Shown here: in pieces, positions 28,789-41,354 of the stretch
Numbering within the stretch: the first letter of the stretch is position 1
How the letters are laid out: every line of letters starts with the position of its first letter
NCBI GenBank assembly: GCA_965178125.1
Contig: OZ237766.1
Coordinates: 310,001-374,000, forward strand
Source: Bilabrum cf. latius
Lineage: Eukaryota
Direction of reading: 5' to 3'
Length of the DNA stretch: 64,000 bases
Position numbers and translations under genes: made by a program
The notes under the pieces: model-generated
Told to the model about the DNA's origin: nothing
Databases searched by the model: none
Seen by the model: only the letters and a program-made list of their open reading frames with translations

Positions 28789-31564
28789 ATGTAAGTGCGA
28801 TACTATAATACTTTTTAGGCAGCGTATCTAGATATCAGCCTGCAGCACTCGCTGCCAGTCTAAATCCTGACCAGTTCTTGCGCAGGTCGCATTCTCAGCT
28901 AGCAACAGATTTGCACGGCATGTTGCACGACATAGGACTTCTAAGAGATATCACTACGAGGTATGATGTTTCCGCTGCAATCGAGGAGGAAGACAAAACA
29001 TGGGTAAGCTCATTGAATTCAGACTAGACAATAGAGTTTTGGATCGTTCAGTATCGTATTGTTGCTCAACTTACGTACAAAATTGAGTGCGCAGTATAAC
29101 CGGACAGCTCTGTGCAAAGCTGCTATCGATGGGTAGATAGAGGCGTGTGAGCTGTTAATTGCCTGCGGTGCCCAGGTCGAGGCGCAAGACAGTGTGAGAC
29201 ACTCACATTGCGACAGGTTCCTCCCCCAGTGGGTCCGCCAAATGTGGACATAACCCCGGTAGTAGGGCGATCGCATTATTATTACTCCATACACTTGTGG
29301 GTAGTAGGTGGTATAGATGCGAACTACTACGCTGCATCAAGGGTCAAGTTCACGAGTGGCCAATCACCCCTACCTGCCATTGCCGACTCGGAGTGATAGC
29401 ACGCCATTGGTTGCGCCTATAACTATATAACAACGCGTGCGCAAATGCTACGCAGGAAGGAGCCACCCCTCTCATGCTGGCCGCCAAGAATGGCCACGCC
29501 TCCGTGTGCGACCTGCTCCTAGCCAAGGGAGCGAATATCGATGCCAAGGATTCCGTGAGCACTTGGCTTCGCCTCCATCTTTTCGGAAGGGGTATGTAGC
29601 CGGTAGTGCAAGTCCTAATCATGCAATATCATTTCGATACCCGCGTTACGTATGTTAGCCTAGTCTAGCAGCGCGGAAATACACCCCTGTTGCAAGCTAC
29701 CGACTATGGGAATGCCTCTGTGTGCGAGCTGCTGCTGTCCAAGGGAGCGGACATTGAGGCCAAGAACGAAGTGAGATATAACGCACAAAAGAGGATTACA
29801 TTCGACGCGAAACGGGTGGCTCGTATGCGTCTTGAAGCATACGCGCACAGGGCTACGGCCTGCTGGCAATAAGTGTTGGCGCGCAAAGCCATCATGCTCA
29901 CTTCCTCCACGGATTTGTACAAGTGCGTTGCATTGCAGGACGGAGAAACTGCGCTATTCCTGAGCATTGATAGCAAGCATGCGGCAGTGTGCGAGCTGTT
30001 GCTGTCCAAGGGGGCAAGTATGGATGTTGAGGACTCGGTAAGATCCAATCTATCCATAGTGTTGAGAACTCTTTAGGTGGCCTAAATGGGTTTGCCATGA
30101 GCATAGTCGTAGGGTTGCACGAGCCTACGGTACTTGATTCGCAATAAATTCCGCTCTCAATGCTGTTGAGCTCCCGTGCAGAGTGTGACGCAGGATGGAA
30201 ACGCACCCCTCGCATGGGCTGCCAGAGAGGGTCTTGCCTCCGTGTGCGAGCTGCTGCTGTCCAAAGGGGCGCGGGTCGACGCCTAGAACAATGTGAGCTA
30301 GCTATGCATATCGATGTCGAAAACGCGGCACCGAATCTCCGATGAGTCCATGCAAACCTATACTCTCAGAGCCTGGGTGACATTAGGATACGCAAACGGT
30401 ATTGGATATTCGCGGGGCGCTACGTCGCCGTACGCATCCGGGTATACAGCCATGGTGGCTGTCCGTGATAACACCACGCACGCAGGAGGGGGTCACACCA
30501 CTTGCACTAGCTGCTATGGTTGGGAATACTGATGTGTGCAGCTTGTTGCTTTTGAAAGGGGCGAAGGTCGACGAGAGTGAAATGGTAAGCAATTGGGCCT
30601 GCAAACGTTGGGAAGAAGTGGATTGTCAACTATGATCGAATCGATGATCCTTTTGGATTCAGTCCGCGACTACATAGTTCTCTGTTATTGCAACTTAAAA
30701 TATCCAGACAAGTATGAATTTCTTCGCAGGGCGGCAATACCCCGCTGATTTGGGCGAGTCTTTGCGGGCATGCCCCTGTGTGTAAACTTTTTCTTTTGAA
30801 GGGGGCCAACCTTGAGGCAAAAAACTGCGTGAGATGGCACTTTAGGGGGACCTTCGGTCCTTAACGGCATGCGTCAGCTCAAGCTTGCGATGGATTCAAG
30901 CAGCACATGCTGTCGAATGCGTATAGTGCCTGTCATGGCAGACTGGTTACTTGCCCAGCTCCAGCAAAAAAGCTACCCTTCAGACCAGTAACTCCTATGG
31001 TTGCATCATTTATGCAGTATGGAAACACTCCCCTTGCAATGGCTGCAATATACGGCCATGCTTCGGTGTGTAGGTTGCTGCTTTACAACGGGGCTGACAA
31101 GAATAGCTGCAACAAGGTGTGACAGGATTGTTTGGGCGTTCGGGGGACTTCTATGCTACTGATATACCCGTATGTAAGTACGTCCTATAGCCTATCCTAT
31201 ATTCTGTCCGGATCGTTAGCAGAACGGCAAATTTCCATCGCAACAAGCAAAAACTGCTTCACTTGCCCAAAGCATTGAAACATACACATCTCGATGGGTA
31301 TGCCTTGTCTCGTGGCGAAGGGCAGCCGAGGCCAGGCGAGATGCAGCCATGGTGTTTCAGGCCGCAGCAGAGGGTAGACCGCTGGAATTAAGCAGACGAC
31401 TGAGGCTTGGGAGGCTCGCTGGAGGCCTCCATATGAAGGGTGAGGTCGAGGATGGGGCGGGGATTAGCAGGAGGGTCAGTCCATTGGAAGCGGCCAAGCT
31501 GGGGGGGCACGACAAGTGCATCAAAATACTTTAGACTGCTATCTTGCTCAAACTGGTCAGATGA
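28789..31564 (+). CDS. Modular ankyrin-repeat protein, paralogue 3
   Basis: AT(28789-90)|gtaag...cag|G 28886-29003 cap exon; eight 99-nt exons starting 29095, 29456, 29672, 29939, 30194, 30486, 30730, 31018; terminal exon 31223-31564 homologous to that of paralogue 2. Three in-frame TAG; ends TGA. Confidence 0.85.
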
Positions 31565-31731
31565 TCCGGGATGTGTCATGCCTTGGCGAAAATCCGATAC
31601 GGATACGTCCGAAATCGGTTTTCAAATGAATCCTAGACTTTTCTCTTTCTGATACAGGATTAACTTAACTTAATTCGTGGATTTGAAGTAGAGAACGGAA
31701 GTACGGGTAACTATAGCCATATTTCCGTCTT

Positions 31732-32047
31732 CGGGCACCATCGCTACTCAAATAATTTATAACCGCTGAAATTTACATCTATCCAAAAATGAATCGAATT
31801 GGACTCAACCTAGCCACCGGAACTACAGTCAGACGTGCTTACGGGTAATACGTAACCTTACTGTAAACGACGGCACCGGTGGATCTATCCGGATCTGCAG
31901 TTCCTGGGAATGTGACGTGCGGGCGCGATGTCAGTGGGTGCACGTGCTAAGTGACGGCTCATCATCCTTTTGGATGGGGATCACGTGGCCGTTGTGGCCC
32001 ATTGCATCAAATCGATTCGGATGGTGGCAAGGGGGGATCCTGGAGAC
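31732..32047. repeat. Dispersed repeat shared with 37.8-38.15 kb
   Basis: 31878-32047 (continuing at 33711-33737) matches the reverse complement of 37806-37980; 31732-31839 matches 38056-38149 in direct orientation. Confidence 0.8.
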
Positions 32048-33702
32048 CAGGGCTGTGCGTTATTAAGGCCAAAACCTTAATACCGGGACCCAAGATCCGT
32101 GATTAAGCCGGTGATTAACAGGATTTTCAAAATAATCCACGATATTAAGATCGGGTCATTGGATCTTCTTCATTTAGTCCTTACATTGGGAGTTATGCAT
32201 GATATATATGCCACATACTATAAACAACATCTTAGTATACTACAAAGCGATACATTCTGGTAGTTATCCAGGCTGTGACGCTTGCCGGATAGCCACAAGA
32301 AGCCGTGACACCCTTCACTCGTGCTCGACGACCAAGGCTCGCAGAACCACATGGCTTGCATGGCACGGGCTGTAGTGGGAGCCCATCAAGTGTATGGCGA
32401 CCACTTGACGGGATGAGGAGGGGACATGCACCGAGTAGAAGTTCGCATCAGGTCCAAGGGTACAGACCACGATAGCGCCCTCGCTGCAGCCATTTCTTCG
32501 ATTTGACCACCCCTCACACCGTCCTTGCGCATCTTCACGTACTACTACAAGATCAGCATCTTTTCCGTGCCGTCAGGTGTCTGCATCATCTTCTCAAGAA
32601 CTGTCGAGCCTCCCCTGACGAAGTCGCCCATGCCCTTTTCGACCTCGTCAACGATGGCCTTGCGCAACCTACAAGGCTATGAGGTGGTCGGGCCCTTAGG
32701 AAGCAGCTGCACAAGCGAGTTGAACAAACATTTACCGTCATCTGCAGCCTGTCCGATGGTTATTCCTGGTGCGAGATCCTTGTTAAGGGCGTCATTGCGG
32801 CCTGCCTACCCAACAGATGCTATTGCGTCTGCTTCGGTCGGAGAAGCTCACGCTTGTGGTATGCCTAAGCTTCGTACGAATCCATCAGCACCAGCCCATC
32901 CTCAGCAGTGATGAACGCAAAGCCAACGGCGGTGCTTGGCAGCATCCACCACTTGTTCTTCTCGAGCCATGCCTTGCCCAAGACCCGAGGAGCCCGAACA
33001 GCCAACGATAATGCATCCAAATTCATCTTCAGTATCGCGGATATGGCGTGCTTTCCCTTCGTTTCCTACGCCTGTATAGTTCTAGCACGCTGAGTCCGCC
33101 AGCAAGACGCCATAGCCTTTGCTTCGGGCTCTCTGAGAAGGTGTTGGGGAGCCCAGGTACAAGGGTGTGCAGATCCCGGATCGTCGTGCTGCACCAGCAG
33201 ACGCATTAATCGCGCCTCAAGCTCCTTCGCACCGGATGTTGTATCAATACCAGTAACAATGTGGAGTACATTAGAGTAATGTCCGGTCGGGCCACACAGT
33301 CTTGCACCCAAAAGGAGCCCTGCACCTAGCTTCAGTAGTAGCTCAGCTGCACTCTTAGCCTGGTGAAATTTACGAATACCAGCAGGCTATTCTGAGTAGG
33401 CATTATTCGACCTTGCTATGCGTGCTAGACTTTGGCGGCGTTGTCTGCCTTTTCTTGGCCTAATGCCGACCTGCGTGGGTTGGACGTTGAAGGATTGAAT
33501 TGTAGCACGCTCATACTGGCTCAATAATACCAACATCGATAATAAATCTGCCCATACGAATAAAATATTAAGTATTTAAACTATATTTAGTATTTTTGCC
33601 CATTATTATGGGGTGTTGAGGCGACAAAGTGACTTCCGTTATTAAGGCCTCCGCGGGTGAAAATCCACGTTATTAAGGAGCCCTTAATAACGCGCAGCCC
33701 TG
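32048..33702. mobile_element. Non-autonomous hAT-like DNA transposon
   Basis: 21-bp TIRs CAGGGCTG(T/C)GCGTTATTAAGG (one mismatch) at 32048-32068 and 33682-33702; perfect 8-bp TSD CTGGAGAC at 32040-32047 and 33703-33710. Confidence 0.9.
32315..32847 (-). pseudogene. Decayed OTU-like cysteine protease domain inside the hAT-like element
   Basis: Manual translation gives QAADDGKCLFNSLVQLL...RLRKAIV...YVKMRKDGVRGGQIEEMAAARAL, then after a frameshift IVV...IHLMGSHYSP; an in-frame TGA lies upstream. Confidence 0.65.
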
Positions 33703-33819
33703 CTGGAGACTCGATTTCGAGGGGGTGGCATTAGTTGAGTGGTACCGTTCTGCCTTCTCCTACGTTCCACTTCTCCTTGTTGGAACATGCACCATCGCCC
33801 CGCAAACCCATTGTCCTCC

Positions 33820-36747
33820 TCAGCTTCCCGCCATCAGGCCGCACAGCCTGCACCACTTGGAAGCCGAGCAAGCCCGCGCCACCTAACGCCTCGCCTCTCG
33901 TCCCGGATCCAGCCCCGCCAGCCGGCAGATACCCGCGCTCTCAACTTCCAGCAGCAGCGGCCCGAGCCATGGCACCCCGAAATCCGATTGCACCCGGCCT
34001 CGCCCCTGGCCCAAGAGTGAAGGTCCCTACACGGCCCACTCACCCTCTGCCACCAGCAGTGACCGCATGGCCGAATAGCAGCTGACCATTTCTGCTCTCG
34101 TCTCGATCCGCCTGGTTGCCTTGAGGGATTTGCACATCAGGTACCCCCACGTCTGCATTGGGATCTATTGCGGGAATGCGCGCTGCAGTAGAAGTTCATC
34201 GGCAGTCCCAACCCAGCCGTCCTTCTCCGGTTCTTGCCGTCCCGCCTGACCATCTTCTCCTGCTTCCATTCGCCCTATTCTGCCTTTTCCTTCAGCACCC
34301 GACTCCATGTGACCCAACCGCCAGCCTGCATATCGAGACAGGAACAGCCCGGCAGAGGATGCATTCCAGCCAGCCGTGCCCGCTGGATCGACCCTGCCGC
34401 TGGATACCTGCCCTGAGACGATTCCCGCCTGTTTTAGACCCTGCTCCTGCTCCAGCGGCCCGGCACTAGCTATGCGAGCCGTCAAGTTCTTCAGCCTGCC
34501 TTCTCCGCTCCACGGGTGCCCCCTATCGCCCTCTCCGCTGTACCCTTCGCCATCACTTCCCCTCGCCCCGTCCACATGGCCAGTCTCTCCTCCCTGCCAC
34601 CACACCTCTCCCAGCTCGTGCACCCCGGCCGGCAGCATCGAGGAGGCAGCATCTGGTGCCCCGTGAAAGATAGGAACCGCCCCCGCAGCCACTGCATCCA
34701 GCACTTTCTCGCTCACGTAGCCAGACCTCTCCGCCTCCCATACGGCCTCCCGCATACGGTGCATGCTCTGGAGTCTGCCTCCTGATGCGTTCCAGCTTCC
34801 GTACCCTGCAGGCATGGCCTCAAACGCAAACAAATACCTGGATTGCTTCCCCATCGCCAGCTTGGTCTCCCACGACCCATCCGAGCCGCGACCTGCAAGG
34901 GGCCCCGCTGCAAATGGGGAGCTCCTCTTGACTGAACCGTGCCAGTCCCCGCCGCCCTGCCTAGCTCTTGTTCCCTGGTCCTGCGGACAGCTGCCCAGAT
35001 GCACCATGGAGGCGGGTGGTGGCCCCAGCCCCGCCAGCACCGCTTCATGATCCTGGCTGCAGTTCGACACCATGCTGAGCGACCGCACCGGTCGCAGCTG
35101 GGGCCGAAACGGCAACTACCGTGCACTTTCTTCGTATACGGAACCGGGTTCAGGCATCGGCGTGTTGATATACTCCGAGATGAACTGCACCACCGACTGC
35201 AGCGAGTAGGAGACTTCCGTGCATCCCTTGGCGTCCTTGCTACGGGCGTATGCGGCGTCGGCATCTTTCCTGATCTGGCAGCTGCTCACGGCCGATGCCA
35301 CAGCGCAGGCCCCTAGCCTCCAGGGCAATCCGGGCTGTGAGGCAAGCAGTGAGGCGGCAAGGGCGGTTACGTTGCCTCGGTCAGGAGTACTCGCATCCGG
35401 ATTGGAGCTTGGTTGCGACAAGCGGCCGTCTGCATCATGGAACAAACTTGCAGGAAACTGCCCAGGCACAGGTGCTTGTATCCCTGCATCCTCCGGACCC
35501 ATTCTCCTCGCGCACCGCAAGAAAGTGTCTCTCTCATCCCGCGCGATCGAATCATCCGCCGATCCACTTGTGAGTCCCTTCGAGCCCCTGGTCCAGTGCT
35601 CCCGGACCATCGCCACTATCCAGGCCCTCACGGCTCTCCAGTACAGCACCCCTTGCTTGCAGTGCCGAATGGAGGCCACGTGCAGCATGCTGGAGGGGTC
35701 CGTGGTGGGGGGGTCCGTGGTGGGGGACTAAGGGGGGGGCGAGGGGCGGGTTGAGGGGGGAGCCGAAGGACGTGCTACAGAGGGGGTCGAGTAAACACCA
35801 AAGGGGGAAGAGACAGCCTGGTGGTCTGGCCGCGACCGCTTAGGCTCCGGCAGAGATAATACCACGGTCGTGCCGGCCAGCCGCGGACCGAACCTTCGTC
35901 GAAGTTCGTCCCTCATGAGCCTCCAGGCGGGGCATGCCGGTGGCAGCCAGAGCCCGGCCCGCCTGTCCGCTGACAGCTCCACGAGTGCTGGACCTGGTGG
36001 CTTGAGGCGCTTGTTTGGCAACACAATGTTCGATGTGGGCTCATAAGTGGCGTTTATTCTCTCTTGGTAGGCATTCAAGTGTCCTCGCAGACGAGGTCCC
36101 GGCGGCTGAGACAGCGGCCAAAGAGCAGGCTACTAGTAAGCATTCTAGAGCTGAGCGCGTCCGCCCCACCTGCCGTGGCGCCAAGTGCGAGCACTTGCCC
36201 TGGCCTGTCCCAAGTCACCCTCAGTGAGCAGTACGGCCACGGCCGGTCCAGCGCTTGCCCCGGATGGTTTCGTGAACTTCTTCCGAGCAAAGTCATATGC
36301 TCGGTCCAGATCCCTGCTGTTGACTTTAGATGCCTCCCCGACCGCCAAAAGCGTGATCGCTCTGTCTGTATTCTTCACTGTAGATATAGGTGGCACATGG
36401 TTCCGCCTAGACCGATTGACCAATTGGACCGAACATCTATTCGAAAGTGGACAAAACTACTGGGTAGCTTGGGCATCATGCTCCCACTTCTGACCATAGC
36501 CTTTCCCCCAAAACCGATCAATAATTGTTTCATCGTGTATGAGGACTGTGACTTTCCCACCGGTACCCGCTGTGCTCGTGGAGTCTGCCATGGGTTCCAG
36601 CAGAGCTGGGATGGTCGCAGGTCTCTTGTAAAAACTAGTTCCGTGGTCTAGAAAACTAAACGAACCCCACAGTGATGCCGTTATAACCAATGATAAAATC
36701 AATGCAACTGTTAGGCAAACCTTGCCCCGGTTTGTGCAACGAACCAT
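33820..36747 (-). CDS. Type II membrane glycosyltransferase, GT10 (alpha-1,3/4-fucosyltransferase)-like, ~975 aa
   Basis: N-terminal TM (VCLTVALILSLVITASLW); SRYLFAFE...GYVSEKVLDAVAAGAVPIFHGAP matches the GT10 motif. Five annotated ORFs share one frame, joined via nine TAG; ends TGA. Confidence 0.75.
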
Positions 36748-37805
36748 CCGGACTGGCAACGAACTCAAGCTTGAAGTTTAAGGCTCGCACCGCAAGATGT
36801 GGATCAGATCAGGCTGCCTAGCAAGCCTGTGACAGCAAAGTGATGGCTCTCCGAGAAAATACTTGACTCCACAACCATTCCAATATCGTGAGGGGTGGTA
36901 GTGACGCTGGTTCTGATGGACCAGAAATACAGAAATACAGAAATACATTGTTCCGTTGGTTGGGTAAAGATTCCATAAACACCCAGATGCACCGTCGCCC
37001 CCGAGGGGGTTTGGGTGATCACCTAGATCCAGAGGAGCCCTAAAAACAAAGGACTACAAGACCCCCGACCCTTTCAGGCCAAAGGCCCCCCGTTCTCAGC
37101 CTATGCCGCCGAGTTCCCATTCTTCGCCATCAGTGTGGTCCCCCACAGGCCCCCAGCCTGTTGCCTTCACAAGGAGAAAGCATACAGGTGCGGAGCGTGT
37201 GCCCGGCACAAGGCGCGGTCCAGTCCCACATCGGGGTCCCCGGTCGAGACCCACCATTTCCTCCTCCATGACCGTCTCTGCGTCTCACGATCCTTCAGAG
37301 AGGCGAGCATGCACGCGCTCATGCCTTTGGCCCATTGCCTCTCTATATCCTTTAGCAAGCCGTGGGGCTTGAAAATCCGTCGCTGTAGTCGGGCGTTCGC
37401 ATTGGTTGCCGCTATCAGCTCCTGCGTGGCCGTGGCGGCTAAGGCAGCCGCCGCATCACCACGCATCCACTGCCTGCATGTCAGTTGCTCCTGCTGGCGC
37501 AGCTGGTTTCTGAGCACCTGCACCACTTGGTTGGCCAGCACCTTGACAGCTGTACGTTCCGAGGACCGTGCAATCGTGCGCTCTATCCAAATGAGCGCGC
37601 CTTCGACGATTGGCTTGGCCCTGTTGGTGTGTTCCAGCTTCTCGTCCCAGGGATCCAGGGCGAGAGCTGTTTTCGCCCATGCCTTCCGAAGAGAGGCGGG
37701 CGACCTCCCTCTATTCTGATCCCCGGCATCAGGTTGCCACGGCTAGTTTCAGATATTTTGTTGTGTGTACTTTTACGAACGGACGCGGAACGAATCAATT
37801 AGGCC

Positions 37806-38149
37806 CTAACCTGATGCAACCCCCTTGAAATCGAGTTTCCGGCCCCCCCTTGCCACCATAGATTTGATGCAATGGGCCACAACGGCCACGTGATCCCCAT
37901 GATGAGCCGTCACTTAGCACGTCACCCCCTGACATCGCACCCGCACGTTACATTTCCAAGGAGCTGCCGGTACATCCACCGATTGATAGATCCTACACCT
38001 CACCGTCCCCCACGAGAGAGACGCCACCGTGATGTTCATTCCGGCCCAGGCACCTTCCGGCACCATCGCTACTTAATTATTGCTGGAATTTCCAACTATC
38101 GAATTGGACCGGGACAACCTAGCCACCGGAATCACAGTCAGCCGTGCTG
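37806..38149. repeat. Second copy of the 31.7-32.0 kb repeat (uninterrupted, the empty site for the hAT-like insertion)
   Basis: Reverse complement reads ...GGCAAGGGGGGGCCGGAAACTCGATTTCAAGGGGG..., continuous across the point where the hAT-like element sits in the other copy. Confidence 0.8.
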
Positions 38150-38197
38150 ACTACAAACGACGATACTGGCCGGCTAGCAAGACCATTCTTTCCCCAA

Positions 38198-40234
38198 TCA
38201 CTTTGTTCGATACCCCAGCAACTGAATGGGGCACTTGGCCTCCAAAGCGCTGGTCGAGTCTTGCATGCACAGCCGAAACGCAGCCGGGCAAGCGGCCCGA
38301 AGCATGGCATCAGGCGCCACACTAGAGCCGTCCGTGTCCCTGAAATCGGGGTGGAGCTCGCTCCTGGGCACCCTGGACGAAAGCATGAGCCCCAAAAGAG
38401 GTGATCCACCGCATGGTGACGGCAAGCCACTACCTGACCTAGCCGGTGGTGGTTCAAAGGCTTCGCTACTGCTGGTTCTTTCCCCTGACCTACAGCGCGC
38501 CTCATCTCCAATCCGGATCCCAGAGGCCAGCAACCGAAAGAACTGCCGCTCGTCAGCGTGCCGAGGCCGGTACGCCAGAACAAACTGGGAACCAGCAAGC
38601 GAGTGCTTATCACCAGCGCGAGGCATGGACGGCTCCTACTTGGGGTCATCAGCAGCTGCCATGCTTGCACTGGGTCTGCCATGCCCTCGATCAGAATCAG
38701 CAGCTGCCATGCTTGCACTGGGTCTGCCATGCCCTCGATCAGAATCAGCAGCTGCCATGCTTGCACTGGGTCTGCCATGCCCTCGATCAGAATCAGCAGC
38801 TGCCATGCTTGCACTGGGTCTGCCATGCCCTCGATTAGAATCAGCACTAGCCACAGGTGATTCCATAGAAAATTCAGCAACACGGTCAGCTTTGGCCAGG
38901 GGAATTCGCGTGTCCACAGTGCTGATTTCGCTGCCTCGCTCCTGCACGGACCACCGGGTGATCCTTTGAAGCGTGCCTGCCAGTCCGGCGAAGTGCCTGG
39001 CATACGGGACTGCTACCACGTCGGCACCCAGCACCACGTCACAGAGAGGGCTGCTGCGGTGGTTAGCTGCTGTCTATCGCAAGGTTGATGGTCCCACTGA
39101 TGGGCGTGATGCTGGCTTCGAGAGTGCAGAATCTTCTGCTGGTGCAGTACCAGAGCCTGACTCGGCTGGGCTAACACGTAGGCCAATTGTAGTGCGTGAT
39201 AGGGCCTCAGGAGCAGCCACAGGAGCATGCACTGCTTCTTTCAGCTGCGCGGCCCCCTTGGCATGATCACGCGAAACAGGCGTCCCTGTGCAAGAACCTG
39301 GTGCTAGCGTGCCAGTGGTATTGCGCGATGTCGTGTCTACGGACCTCTTTGATTCACCTGACGTTTTACGCGCAGGGCTAGAGCTGCTTGCTGCTGCTGT
39401 TCCGCTGGGCATAGACAGGGGTCCGGAGCGAGGGCCGGGACGTCCCTTTTCCTCATCCTCTCCCTCTTTGGCTGCCAGGGCTGCTTCGACCCCGAGGTCA
39501 ACGCGAGCCTACAGGCAGCATCGCACTGCAATTTCGTCAGCATGGTGGCCCCATCGGAGCCGTGTGACGATCACATCGGTACCATGCAGTTGCAGGTGTG
39601 TCCATGGGCACTCTGAAGTCGGGCGAGCACTGGAACCCGAGCAAGTGCTTGGTGCGCTGCTCTGGCCTGCTCGCTCAGCCCCCGATTTTGCGCCTCCTTC
39701 GCTCCCATCTCGCAGCCATGCAAGCGTTTGCCTGGGGTCGGTGGAATCGGATTCGCTTGGTATGGCACCGCTCACGCTCTCCTTCAGTAGTTGCGAGGCG
39801 CGCTGCAGCAGCGGTGACGACGTATACGACACACGTCGAGCCCCGTTTCGAAGCAAGTTCTCGACGGTTTTGTCCACAGCAAGTGGATCCCCGTCCGTAC
39901 AGACGTATTGGCTCGAACCAAATCTGCACGCGACGGCACATAGCAGACCTAGTCCAGCCCCGATTTCTACTACCACCTTGTCTCGGACAAGGCAAGGTTC
40001 CACAGTGGCAATGTGGTGAGCCAGGAGGATCGAGCCGTTCCAAACGAATTCTGCAAAACTTCTATGGGCACTTTTAACCTCAGAGCTGGATGTATCACGG
40101 GTATTTGAATCTCCAACCGGCTGCACGATGCTGTACGATTTACCAGCAATCTTGATGTCTCTCTCAGGCAGGGAATGAGCGGCTGCATTCAGCTGTGGGC
40201 TTGACAATACAAATGGAACAATCGCTTGGCTCAT
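38198..40234 (-). CDS. METTL21/family-16 lysine methyltransferase-like protein with long insertions
   Basis: VWNGSILLA, VVEIGAGLGL, VCTD, LRWG, DVVLGADVV, LAYRPR...ERQFF in the expected order across four ORFs joined by TAG at 39509, 39074, 38636; ends TGA. Confidence 0.85.
38648..38846. repeat. 48-bp minisatellite, 4 copies, in-frame within the methyltransferase
   Basis: Unit ATCAGCAGCTGCCATGCTTGCACTGGGTCTGCCATGCCCTCGATCAGA, encoding ADSDRGHGRPSASMAA on the minus strand. Confidence 0.95.
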
Positions 40235-41354
40235 CCAACAATCGCTTTCGGTACGATCATTCACAATGACATGACGTGATACATTTTCCCTAATACCGCT
40301 CCGGATCTCGCTCTTGGGCCCAGACTGGTCAGCTCAGCTTGGGACCAAAACGGTTTACGACGTCATATAACCACGACAGTAACATTCGCTGTAGCTGATC
40401 CGAGCCCCAGCGCTTGCACTGCATGCGCTACCGGGGTACGGGTGCTATAGATCTAGGAGCTGTGGTTGCTCCTGGCGACGGCACCGATAGAGCATAAGCA
40501 CCGGTGCTCGCAGCTCGTTCATCCGGTTGGCCCACTTGACCCCCTTGAGGATATTCCTCCCTATCCGGCACCCTCACGCACAGGATGTGGTACACCAGTG
40601 CTTTCAAGCACCCGCCGCAGCAACTCGGGCATGAGATTGCCCCATACCCACGGAACGATCAGCTAAGCCGCACATCGGTAAACTGCAGCGTCTCCGTTGG
40701 CGTAGTCCGAAGATGTCTGCCTTGTCACCCTCACTGTGACCACATCTATTGCTCTCTACCCTACTAGTTAGTAATGAACAAGTAAGCCCATATCTAGCCA
40801 TAGTGGCCGCTACGAGGGCCATAGATCGCATTGGTGTCGCGCATGGGCGCGTGCGAGGCTGCAGACATTCCATATATAGCTACATTCTGCCGGCTGGCAA
40901 CGCATTACCGCCACTGGCGATGGTAAGGGAAGGGAGGTGGTAGGCAGGTGGTAGGGTACCCGTCGGGCATGCACCATTGGATGCCGCAGCACGGCGCCAG
41001 GCCCAGCTGTGCCACCTACTGCATCAGTCTGCTGTATCTAAGACATGTTTACTAGACACGTGCAGAAACAGGCTTATATCCCGGATTTGTCGCGAACTGC
41101 TGGCGCACCCCAGCAGAGTTTGCACTTGACCCGGCTGTTTGGGGACGTCGTCCTGTTCTTTACATGGACAGTACGAAGCCCCCAAAAGCCTATACAGCAT
41201 ATCAAGTATAAATAGGCTAATCACAAGTAATGATTAAAGTCTGTGTCGCCTGTGACAAGGCCAGAGAGGTAGGCACGAGCATCGAATGATGTAAGGTGCG
41301 AATATGATATACAACACGCACCTGCCTGCTCGTGCTCATCTCGCTAGTACAAGC

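Noticed and set aside
37103-37800. Minus-strand ORF as a retroelement gag remnant
   Set aside because: No ATG, zinc knuckle, RT or LTR evidence; left uncalled.
38648-38846. CRISPR array
   Set aside because: Head-to-tail 48-bp copies without spacers, in frame within a gene.
40400-41300. Small spliced gene (TACTAAC-like branch site on minus strand)
   Set aside because: No consistent exon chain or protein family could be built.
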